Of a stretch of 64,000 bases of DNA, positions 50,001 through 62,089 are shown piece by piece (positions within the stretch are counted from its first letter, which is position 1; the number at the start of each line of letters is the position of its first letter). This DNA comes from Anthoceros angustus (taxonomy: Eukaryota > Plantae > Anthocerotophyta). The notes beneath the pieces were generated by a model that did no database searches, was not told the origin of the DNA, and saw only the letters and a list, made by a program, of their open reading frames with translations. The DNA lies in assembly GCA_010909165.1 (NCBI GenBank), contig VJWM01000117.1:620001-684000 (forward strand), in the 5' to 3' direction. The position numbers and the translations under genes were made by a program.

Positions 50001-50949
50001 CTCGTTTGCCAGATTCCAGGTCGGCAGCCAATGCACAAGCTTGAAGGGCAGCAGCAAACACGTGAGCATCCGCCTTCAAACCTGACCTACGCATCTCCTG
50101 GTACAGTTGTAAGGCCTCCTTAGGCTTCCCGTGTTTAACATGTGCTGAAATTATGGAAGACCACATAAAGGCATCCGGTCTGCCTACCCTGGTGAGCACA
50201 TCCATGGCCTCCTGTAACCTACCTCCATATGCATACATGCGTATGAGATGGTTCCCCACGTATGCATTCGACTCGTACCCAAGTTCGACAGTGAGATCAT
50301 GAACTCGCTGGCCCACAACCAAATCCTTCTTAGCTGTACACAGTTTCAGCACAGTATAAAACAGAGACGGAGAAATAGGACAGTCTGTCTGCGCCAGACA
50401 TTCCAGGGCTCGAACGGCCTCAGTAAGCTTCCCCTGCTGACAAAACGTGCTCACGGCTCCAGGCGTTGCGACGCCCATTTCCCATCCTGCACGCCTGCCA
50501 GGCTCATCTGGAGAGCTCGACTTGGAAGGGGAGACCCCATGACCCATCTGCATATCCAAAGATAGGAGCTGCTCATCCACCCAAGCTGGCTTGAACATGT
50601 TGTCTAACCAGAGGACCTCGCCGCCGGACCCCTTACGCCGGAAGTCAGGCGAACGCGAGCCCTTCTTATCTCGCCTGTTGTCCCACCACATGGTAGGCTC
50701 CAGAAAAAACTGTTGCCACAAATTCTCCTGCTGCTGGCGACGACCATCGCTGGAAAATCCTTCCCACCCCACACATTCTCTTGGAGGTGGACGTGCTGGG
50801 TTCCTTGCACTGCTGCACCTGGAGGCTGGGTTGTCTCCCAGCGGTCGACTTCCTGGGGGGATGAGATGGGCGGGAGCAACTCGTGGAATGCCTGTGCACT
50901 CACTAGTTTGTTGGGTCCGCAGTAGACCCGGTTGCCGCACTGTGGCCAT
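47023..50949 (-). pseudogene. Long-array PDF-motif + PLS PPR-E-DYW:KP (GRP) gene, frameshifted at ~48030-48310 and ~49500-49860
   Basis: ORFs 49684-50988 (MATVRQ at 50949), 48127-49563 and 47023-48114 (KGRP*). Confidence 0.8.
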
Positions 50950-51104
50950 GTTACAGACAGCGCTCTCCAAGGATGAGGCGCACAACACACTTCCTACGCC
51001 ATGACAGCATCCCCCTAATTTTATGGCGGGGCTCGCGAGTCTCCTTAGTCTTCAGGGCCCTGGAACCCAGGTGGGCAAAAACTTGTCCAAATGGCTTGAG
51101 GCCA

Positions 51105-51450
51105 AATGGACACACGTTTATAAGAACGTCGTTATTAAGCATCCTTAGATGGGGGTGCCTAAAGGGAGTGGATGCCCTTGGTGTTATTAAGCATCCTGCG
51201 CTTAGATCGATACTTAGATGGGGTGCTTAAAGGGAGTGGATGCCCCTTGGTGCAAGTAGCTTAGGCACACCATTGTACAAGTTGTTAAGTATCAAGTGTG
51301 CCATGACGAAAATCCTTCCTTAGTGGACTTTAATCCTTCCTCTTTGGTTGTCCCCTCCTAGATGGGCTTTTCCCATCGTTTTTCACCTCAATAAAATCTT
51401 TCTTCCTTAGTGGACTTTAATAAAATTCTTCTTCTTCTACTTCTTCCTCA
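51105..51450 (+). mobile_element. Short dispersed repeat (SINE-like), copy 3, with internal duplications
   Basis: Same sequence as 25045-25237, ending CTTAGTGGACTTTAATAAAATTCTTCTTCTTC. Confidence 0.6.
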
Positions 51451-51489
51451 CTTTTTTATTATCCTATTAAATAAACGGAGACAAGCCTA

Positions 51490-51622
51490 TGACAACCTGT
51501 GTCCTAGTCCTAATTGCCCACAATGCTCCTGTGACAACCTGTGTGTGTCCTAGTCCTAATTGCCCACAATGCTCCTGTGACAACCTGTGTGTGTCCTAGT
51601 CCTAATTGCCGTCCTAATTGCC
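51490..51622. repeat. ~48-bp tandem repeat GACAACCTGTGTGTGTCCTAGTCCTAATTGCCCACAATGCTCCTGT
   Basis: About 3 copies. Confidence 0.85.
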
Positions 51623-52440
51623 TATAATGCTCCTTGAAGGTGCTCATCCCAATTTTGCAGTAGCTTCTCACATAGCTTAGATAAAACCTTAATAGCTAGC
51701 TTGTTGGTGCTCACGGCTTGTTCGTTGGAGATGGGGTGATACAGAGTTGTCATCTTGTGCTTCACTGAATAAGCCCTAGCAAACCCATCTATCATGTTGT
51801 TAGCAAACCCATCTATCATGTTGTTAGCAAACCCATCTATCATGTTGTTAGCAAACCCATCTATCATGTTGTTAGCAAACCCATCTATCATGTTGTTAGC
51901 AAACCCATCTATCATGTTGTTACTCTCTGCCGTGGTCAGTGACAATTTCTATTGGGCGATTATCTACGAGAACAAGAACTATCCAGTGAGTTCTCTCGAC
52001 AAGGCATGCAAGGCCTAAGCTTCAATCCACTTGGTAGCAAACTCGGTAGCCGTGTTTATGTATTTGATGCCTTGTAGACTAGGATGTTCAACAACCACTA
52101 CTTTCGTGACACCTCCGCGTACCTCTGGCAACTTGAACATGCTGGCAATACGCTCCCACATCTTGGAACATGGAAGACCAAAAATACCCAACCCAGAGTA
52201 ATTTTTTTGCCATGGCAGTTGCATCAAAATGACCCCCACGCACGGAATTGTGCATCTCCAAGAGCACTATGAAGATCTACTGCCCTCAAATGCGGAGATG
52301 AAGAATCTGTTCGGGCCTAACTTTGAATAATCCACCATCCACCACAGCATAATCCTTCGTCAGCAATATTCTTCCCAAGTCCTTCTGTTCTTGAGGCAAC
52401 ATCCTATTTGTAAGGTAGTCCATCAGCTCGTTGTAGAGTG
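51622..52440 (-). mobile_element. Degenerate Ty3/Gypsy integrase remnant with an internal 24-bp minisatellite (51776-51921)
   Basis: HKMTTLYHPISNEQAVSTNK..WDEHLQGAL and ATEFATKWIEA resemble rve core/C-terminal motifs (TxYHPQxNGQxERxN, DYxTKWxEA); frames broken. Confidence 0.65.
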
Positions 52441-52884
52441 TTGTTGGGTCCTAATCTCAATGGCCAACGCTCACAAATCCCTAAAGCCCTTTAAAACATC
52501 TGACTAGGGCGGAAATGTTTTGAAAATTATAATAATAAATTTTAATAAATAATAAAATATGATAAAATTTTAAAAATAAAAATTGAATTAAAATATAATA
52601 TTATTTTGGGGTACGGTAGGTGGTTTTGCGCATATGGCCTGTTTGGCCGCTACTTGTCTCTTTTGCTGTCCTTTTGTTATCTGGATATGTTGCAGTGTAG
52701 GTACATACATATACATATGTGGAAATGTACTGCAAACCAGCCATCGTATAGACAGGTGTGCATAAGGGCGCATGCCCCTCTCTGGGTGATAAGATTATGG
52801 AAGTGGCCAAAGAATTTGGGCAATTAGGTACTGCACTGCGGAAGAAGTTTTTGGGCCTCCTCTCCCAACAGCAGTGCCTGTAAC

Positions 52885-55800
52885 ATGGTCAGAGTATGGC
52901 AACCGGATGCAATGTGGACCCAGCAAATTGGTGAGTGTGCAGGGATTCTTCCAGGATCTCCCGCTCAGCTCATCTCTTCAGGGAATCAAGCTCTGGGAGA
53001 CAGCCAAGCCTCCAGATGCAGCCGTGTGAGGAATCCAGCATTCCCACTTCCCAGAAAATGTGTGGGTTGGGAAGGATTTTGCAACGATGGTCGTGGCCAG
53101 GCGCAGGAGCAAGAGCTCCTGTGGCAACAATTTTTCCTGGACCCTACCATGTGGTGGGACAAGAGGCGACATAATAAGAGCTCCCGTTCGCCTGACTTCC
53201 AGCGGAAGGGAACTGGAGGCGAGGTCCTGTGGTTAAACAACATGTTCAAGCCAGCTTGGGTGGATGAGCAGCTCGTTTCTTTGGATATGCACACGGGTCA
53301 TGGTGCTTCTCCTTTCAAGTCGAGCTCACCGGAGAAGCCTGAGGCTGGCAGGCGTACAGAGTCAGAAATGGGCGTCCAAATGGCTGCAACAGTGAGCACG
53401 TTATGCCAGCAGGGTAAGCTTACTGAGGCTGTTGGAACCCTGGAATCTCTGGTGGCGCAGACAGACTCTCCTATTTCTCCGTCTCTGCTTTATACTGTGC
53501 TAAAGTTGTGTACAGCTAAAAGGGATTTGTTGGTGGGGAAACGAGTTCATGATCTCATCGTCGAACTTGGGTACGAGTCGAATGCATACTTGGGCAACCA
53601 TCTCTTGCGCATGTATGCATGTGGAGGTAGGTTACAGGAGGCCATGGATGTGTTCACTAGGGTAGGCAAACCAGATGCCTTTATGTGGGGTTCCATAATT
53701 GCTGCATATTCTAAGCAAGGGAAACCAAAGGAGGCCATACAACTTTACCATGAGATGCGGAGGTCAGGTGTGAAGGCGGATGCTCACGTCTTTGCAGCTG
53801 CCCTTCAAGCTTGTGCATTTGCTGCCGACTTGGAGTGTGGCAGAAGAGTGCACTGTGATCTGTTGCATAGTCGTATTCCTCTTAACTTGTTTGTTGGAAC
53901 CTGCTTGGTGGACATGTATGCAAAATGTGGCCAACTGGAGGATGCGCGCAGGGTTTTTGACAGCTTGGCAAGAAAGGATGCGGTGACATGGACGGCCCTA
54001 CTTTCTGGATATGCACAGCAAGGGCTCGGCCAAGAGGCGCTTGTTCTGTATGGACAAATGGAGCAACAGGGGCTGAATTTGGCGAACAATGTTACTTTTG
54101 CTTGCCTTCTGAAGGCATGTGCAAGCACTGGTGCCTTACAAAGGGGCAGGCAATTGCATTCACAGATTATGGAAAGGGGACTGTCGGATGATGTACTCGT
54201 TGGCACCTGCCTGGTGGACATGTATGCAAAATGCGGCGAACTGGAAGATGCACGTAAGGTTTTTGACAGCTTGACCACTAAGGATGTTGTGACGTGGACA
54301 GCCCTTATAGCTGGGTATGCAAAATGTGGTGAACTGGAACGTGCACGGCAGGTTTTTGACAGATTGGCCACAAGAAATGTGGTAACATGGAATGCCCTGA
54401 TTGCTGGGTATACACAGGAAGGGCTCGTTCAAGAGGCACTTGTCCTGTATGGACAAATGGAGAAGGAGGGCCTGATTGTAGCTGACCATGTTACTTTTGC
54501 TTGCTTGCTGAAGGCCTGTGCAAGCACTGGTGCCATACAGAAGGGCAGGCAGCTGCACTCCCAGATTGTGGAAAGAGGACTGCTAGATAACATACAGGTT
54601 GGCAATTGCCTGGTGGACATGTATGCGAAATGTGGCGAATTGGAAGATGCGCGTGGGGTTTTTGACAACATGGCCACGAAGGATGTGGTGACATGGACAG
54701 CCCTGCTTGCTGGGTATGCACAGCAAGGGTTCGGGCAAGAGGCCCTTGTTCTGTACGGACAAATGGAGGAAGAGGGCCTCATTTTGGCTAACGATGTTAC
54801 CTTTGCGTGCCTTTTGAAGGCCTGTGCAAACACTGGTGCGTTACAGAGGGGCAAGCAGCTGCACTCACACATTGTGAAAAGGGGCCTGCTAGATAACATA
54901 CTGGTTGGCACCTGCCTGGTGGACATGTATGCAAAATGTGGTGAACTGGAAGATGCACACGGGGTTTTTGACAGCTTGGCTACAAAGGATGTGGTGACAT
55001 GGAATGCCCTGATTGCTGGGTACACACAGCAAGGGCTTGGTCAAGAGGCGCTTGTTCTGTATGGACAAATGCAGGAAGAGGGCCTGATTTTGGCTAATGA
55101 CGTTACTTTTGCTTGCCTACTGAAATCCTGTGCAAGCAGTGGTGCGTTACAGAAGGGCAGGCAGCTACACTCTCAGATTGTGGAAAGGGGACTGCTAGAT
55201 AATGTACTCATTGGCACCTGCCTGGTGGACATGTATGCAAAATGCGGGGAACTGACAGATGCACGCTGGGTTTTTGACAGCTTGGCCACGAAGGATGTGG
55301 TGACATGGACAGCCCTGATTGCTGGCTATGCACAGCAAGGGCTTGGTCAAGAGGCGCTTGTTGTATGCACAATTCGAGCAGGAAGGCCTGGTTGTAGCTG
55401 ACCATGTTACTCTAGCTTGCCTACCCAAGGCCTGTGCAAACGCTGGTGCCTTACAGAAGGGCAGGCAGCTGCACACACAAATTGTGGAAAGAGGACTGCT
55501 AGATAACCTACTGGTTAGCAACTGCCTAGTAGACATGTATGCAAAGTGTGGCGAGCTGGAAGAAGCACGCCGGGTTTTTGACAGCTTGGCCACAAAGGAT
55601 GTTGTCACATGGAATGCCCTGATATCTGGATGTGGTACTTGTGATAAGGGTCACAATGCCCTAGCTTGTTTTGAGGAGATGTTAGTTGCTGGCATTCAGC
55701 CTGATGATGCTACTTTCATTTGCTTATTAGTAGCATGCAGCCATGAAGGACTGGTGCATGAGGGTCGCAAGCTCTTTGATTCCATGGCTGAACAGCATGG

Positions 55801-56514
55801 CATCAAACCTTCTATTGAGCATTACAATTGCATGGTTGATCTTCTCGGGCGTGCAGGCCATTTAGATGAGGCAGAGAAGATGCTATTATCGTCTGAGGGC
55901 CCGAGTAATGTTGTGGGCTTGACAACTTTGTTAAATGCTTGCAAAAGTCATGGGGATATAGAGAGGGCGATGTGGTGTTTTGAAAGCATTGTTAGCCTGG
56001 ACCCTACAAGTGCGTCTGCGTATATGCTCATGGCCAATGCCTATGCCGATGCAGGTAGGTGGACCGATGTAGATAGGATTGAGACGCAGAGAATGGTAGC
56101 AGGAGCGAACAAGAAACCTGCAGTGGCGACCATTGAGGTGAATAAGCAGGTACATAGATTTCTGGTTGGAGAACGAAGAGAGGATATTGCGCGTAAGGTA
56201 GAGAGCATGAATTCCCAGCTGAAGGAGGAAGGAGGCCATGTACCCCATACAAAGTTGGTGTTGAAGCCAGTGTGTGAGAAGGAAAAGGAAGATGCACTTT
56301 GTGGGCATGCTGAGAAGCTAGCTCTGGCGTTTGGTCTGTTGAACACTCCAGTGGGACACCTCTGGTGGTAACGAAGAATCTACGCATGTGCAGTGACTGC
56401 CACAGTTCCACGGAGATCATGTCAAGGCTTGAACAGAGAGACATTGTTGTAAGGGATGGGTACCGTGTGCATCGTTTCGCAGCTGGTTCTTGCAGCTGTA
56501 AGGGACGACCATGA
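52885..56514 (+). CDS. Long-array PDF-motif + PLS PPR-E-DYW:KP (GRP) protein with two frameshifts (~55365, ~56350)
   Basis: ORFs 52885-55401 and 55319-56371, then KGRP* at 56514. Contains WWDKRRHNKSSRSPDFQRKG and HAEKLA. Confidence 0.85.
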
Positions 56515-57400
56515 GAAGGGAGAACTTGCCAGTGCTCACGTGTGAACGGCAGAGAAAGATTTCTTTGCTTCTTCGGTATGAAAGTGTTTGCTTCACTCCG
56601 TCCCCGTCTAAATTGAGACACGGACATGGATGGCTGACGCCGATGATATGATCCACCTCTCAACATCACGGAGATAATCAGAATCGCTTGAATCTCCTCC
56701 TGTACGTAAGTACAGTGGAGAAAGGGAGCTGACTGTAAGGGAGAACAGCTGAATGCAAGTGAGAACGGAGACATGTGGAATGGAGGGGGATGCTTCATGG
56801 CATGTGGCAAGCCCTTCTTTACAAAGAGCTTGGCCCGGCCTGCAGCGTACGTGTAATCAGCTTTGGGCTGGCAAGAAAACGAACACCCAATGTCCGAGGG
56901 GTTGTCCAACTTGTCAATGAAGAACCTCAAATTTGTCATGCTTGACGTTGTAGCCAAACACTGCAGCCTTGTGGTGCATCGATTCCAAAGGTGTCTCACA
57001 TGTATTTGCAAAGGGGATGCCCCCATCCATGCCTCCAACCATCGCAGGCGGGACTGACAGCCTTTCTGGTGATCGAAGCCCTCGGAGATTTGTGAGAAGC
57101 ACGCGGGATGGGGCCCCGGCCATCCAAGTCTCAGTGACGGGCCCACCTCTGCACACACGAGTGCAATCCTTTTGCTATGGGTATCCAACAAAATTCCGTC
57201 TGCTCTCTCTCCTTCAGGTTGATGTGGTCATCATACCTGGACAGAACATTTCTGTGCATGTGCTACTACTATGGCAGGATGCCCAGCGGACATCCTGCCA
57301 TAGTCAGTTGTTAGACTCCTCCTCCTACTATGGCCGGATGTGGACATCCTGTCAGAGTCTGTTGTTAGACTCCTCATTTTCCGACTGCGGTCTCTGAACG

Positions 57401-60400
57401 ATGGTCACGGTATGGCAACCGGACCCGTTCTGGACCCAACAAATTGGTGTTTGTACAGGGATTCTGCCAGGAGCTCCCGCTCACCGGAGTCCACCCCTAG
57501 CAAACAAAGCCTGCAGGTGCAGCAGTGTAGGGAGCCCAGCACTTCCACTTCCCAGAAAATGTGTGGGTGGGGACGGGTTTTCCAGCGATGGTCGTCGCCT
57601 GGAGCAGGAAAGCTTGTGGCAACAGTTTTTCCTGGACCCTACCATGTGGTGGGACAACAGACGAGATAAGAAGAGCTCCCGTTCGCCTGACTTCCGGCGT
57701 AAGGGATCCGGCGAGGTCCTGTGGTTAAACAGCATGTCTAAGCCAGCTTGGGTTGATGAGCAGTTGGTTTCCTTGGATATGGAGATGGGTCATGGTGCCT
57801 CTCCTTCCAAGGGGAGCTCTCCGGATAAGCCTGATCCTGGGAGGCGTGCAGGATCGGAAATGGGCGTTGTAACCGGGGGAACCGTGAGCATGTTATGTCA
57901 GCAGGGGAAGCTTTGTGAGGCCGTTGGAGCCCTGGAGTCTCTGGCACAGACAGGCTCTGCTATTTCTCAGTCTCTGTTTTACACGGTGCTAAAACTGTGT
58001 ACAGCTAAGAAGGATTTGGTTGTGGGGCGACGAGTTCATGACCTCACTATCAAACTTGGGTACGAGTCGAATGCGTATTTGGGGAACCATATCTTGCGCA
58101 TGTATGCACGTGGAGGTAGGCTGCAGGAGGCCATGGATGTGTTCACCAGGGTAGGCAAGCCAGATGCCTTCATGTGGTTTTCCATAATCTCCGCATATGT
58201 TAAACATGGGAAACCTGATGAGGCCATACAACTGTACCATGAGATGCGTGCGTCAGGAGTCAAGGCGGATGCTCACGTCTTTGTAGCTGCCCTTCAAGCT
58301 TGTGCATTTGCTGCCGACGTGGAATCTGGCAGAGAAGTGCACTGTGATGTGTTGAAATGTGGCATTCCTCTTAACTTGTTTGTTGGCAACTGCCTGGTGG
58401 ACATGTATGCAAAATGTGGCCAACTGAAAGATGCACGCCAGGTTTTTGAAAGCTTGGCCCAAAAGGATGTGGTGACATGGAATGCCCTGATTGCTGGGTA
58501 TGCAGCAAGGGCTCGGCAAGAGGCGCTTGTTGTGTATGAACGAATGGAGCAGGAGGGTCTGATTGTGGCTGACCACGTTACTTTTGCTTGCCTTCTGAAG
58601 GCCTGTGCAAGCGCTGGTGCTTTACAGAAGGGAAGGCATCTGCACTCACTCATTGTGGAACGAGGACAGCTACGTAACGTTCTGGTGGGCAACTGCCTGG
58701 TGGACATGTATGCAAAATGTGGTGAACTGGAAGAGGCACACCAGGTTTTTGAAAGCTTGGCCACAAAGGATGTGGTGACATGGACGTCGCTCATTGCTGG
58801 TTATGCTCAGCAAGGGCTTGGACACAAGGCAATTGTTGTGTATCGACAAATGGAGCAGGAGGGCCTGGCTGTTGCTAACCATGTTACTTTTGCTTGCCTT
58901 CTGAAGGCCTGTGCAAGCACTGGTGACTTACAGATGGGCAGACATCTGCACTCACAGATTGTAGACAGAAAGCTGCTGGATAATATATTGGTGGGCAGTT
59001 GCCTGGTGGATATGTATGCAAAATGTGGTGAACTGAAAGATGCACACCAGATTTTTGAAAGCTTGCCCACAAAGGATGTCGTGACATGGACGGCGCTGAT
59101 TGCTGGTTATGCACAACAAGGGCTCGGGGAAGAGGCGCTTGCTGTGTATCAACACATGGAGCAGGAGGGCCTGATTGTGGCGGACGACGTTACTTTTGCT
59201 TGCCTTTTGAAGGCCTGTGCAAGTGCTGGTGCCTTACAGAAAGGCAGGCATCTGCACTCTCAGATTGTGGAACGAGGTCTATTAGATAATACACTGGTGG
59301 GCAACTGCCTCGTGGACATGTATGCAAAATGTGGTGAACTTGAAGATGCACGCCAGGTTTTTGACAGGTTGGCCACAAAGGATGTGGTGACATGGAATTT
59401 CCTGATAGCTGGGTATGCACAGCAAGGACTCGGCCAAGAGGCGCTTGTTCTGTTCGGAAAAATGGAGCAAGATGACCTGACTTTGGCTAACCATGTTACT
59501 TTTGCTTGCCTTCTGAAGGCCTGTGCAAGCAATGGGGCCTTACAGAAGGGCAGGCAGCTGCATTCACAGATTGTTGAAAGAGGACTGCTGGATGATGTAG
59601 TGTTGGGCAACTGCCTGGTGGACATGTACGCAAAATGTGGTGAACTGGAAGATGCACGCTGGGTTTTGACAGCTTGGCCACAAAGAATGTGGTGACATGG
59701 AATGCCCTGATATCTGGGTATGGTACTTGTGATGATGGTCACAGAGCACTAGCTTGTTTTGAGGAGATGTTAGTTGCCGGTGTTGAGCCTAATGATACAA
59801 CGTTTACTTGCCTTTTGGTAGCATGCAGTCATGCCGGGCTGGTCCACGAGGGACGCAAGCACTTCGATTCCATGGCTGAACAGCATGGCATCACACCGTC
59901 TCTTGAGCATTACAATTGCATGATTGATCTTCTTGGGCGTGCAGGCCAATTAGATGAGGCAGAGAAGATGCTATTGTCATGTGAGGGCCAAAGTAATGTT
60001 GTGGGCTTGACGTCTTTGTTGAATGCCTGCAAAACTCACGGGGATATAGAGAGGGCGATGTGGTGTTTTGAAAGCATTGTTAGGCTGGACCCACAAAGGG
60101 CGTCTGCGTATGTGCTCATGGCCAACGCCTACGCAGATGCAGGGAGGTGGACCGAAGTAGACAGGATTGAAGCACAGAGAATGGTAGCAGGAGCTAACAA
60201 GAAACCTGCAGTGGCGACCGTTGAGGTGAACAAGCAGGTACATAGATTTCTGGTGGGAGAAAGAAGGGACGATCTTGCGCTCAAGGTGGAGAGCACGAAT
60301 TCCCGGCTGAAGGAGGAAGGAGGCCATGTACCCCATACAAAGTTGGTGTTGAAGCCATTGTCTGAGAAAGAGAAGGAAGATGCACTTTGTGGGCATGCTG

Positions 60401-60603
60401 AGAAGCTAGCTCTGGCGTTTGGCCTGTTGAACACTCCGAGTGGGACACCTCTGGTGGTAACGAAGAATCTACGCATGTGCAGTGACTGCCACAGCTCCAC
60501 GGAGATCATGTCAAGGGTTGAAAACAGGGAAATTGTTGTAAGGGATGGGTACCGTGTGCATCGATTTGCAGCTGGTGCTTGCACCTGTCATGGTCGATCG
60601 TGA
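57401..60603 (+). CDS. PDF-motif + PLS PPR-E-DYW:KP protein (C-terminus GRS), one frameshift at ~59665
   Basis: ORFs 57401-59695 and 59674-60603 join at a T-run missing one base. Contains KKPAVATVEV, HAEKLA and CSDCH. Confidence 0.88.
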
Positions 60604-60644
60604 GAACCGAAAGAACTCGCCTCTCCTCCTAAGGAAAAGTCTGT

Positions 60645-60885
60645 GACCTGGATGAGCAGCTGTTCTTCTTTGGACATGCAGATGGGTCAGGGTGAGTCTC
60701 CTTTCAAGTCGAGCTCACCGGATAAGCGTGAGGCTGGCAGGCTTGCAGACTCGGAAATAGCGTCCAAATGGCCGCAACAGTGACCACGTTATGCCAGCAG
60801 GGTAAGCTTATTGAGGCCGTTGGAACCTTGGAATCTCTGGCGCAGACAGATTCTCCTGTTTCTCCGTCTTTGCTTTCTTCTGTGC
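60645..60885 (+). pseudogene. Orphan fragment of the PPR-family N-terminal linker (DEQL..LDMQMG..AATVTTLCQQGKL)
   Basis: Homologous to 53260-53500 and 62465-62700. Confidence 0.7.
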
Positions 60886-61120
60886 GGCATTCTCTAGGCT
60901 GCCAGGGATCCAAGAGCTCCACTATGGCAACCAACAGCAAACAACATGTAATGTGGAGAAACCTCGAATTGATGCTGGTGCCCAGCTCCGTCCTAAATTC
61001 AATAATACAGTACTCAACTAATCCGCAACCGTGTCCCCTCATCTCCTGCTAGGCATTGAGAAACCCGGAATTGATGCTTGTGACCAGCTCCGTCCAAAGC
61101 TGAATGCCCGGCAACAAACC

Positions 61121-61743
<623 letters not shown>

Positions 61744-62089
61744 GGAAGCCGATCGTGTCCGCAATGTTCAAGGGAGGCGGGTTTTGGGTATTGGGTTCTC
61801 GATGTCCACACCAATGATCTCCACACTACAGGGCGGAAGGTCGATAACGCAAACTTTTCATCATCAGTGTCAGAGAGTGCTCGCCCGCCTCCCTGCTCCT
61901 GGTGCTAACCTTGAGCGATATCTACTGTAGGACTGCTGAGTCGCAGCACACATATAAATCTGGATTGGAAGATGGGGAAGAAGAGCCCATGCCGTCTGGC
62001 TGATGCTAGTGGGCAGAGGATTAGGGCGTCTTCTTGCAGGGCGTAAGAAGTTTTTGTGCGCCTTCTCTTCCAAGAGCGGTGCCTGTGAC

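Noticed and set aside
56640-57230. Possible gene remnant between two PPR genes (NLSMKNLKFVMLD...)
   Set aside because: No motif I can assign with confidence in any frame; would need BLASTX.
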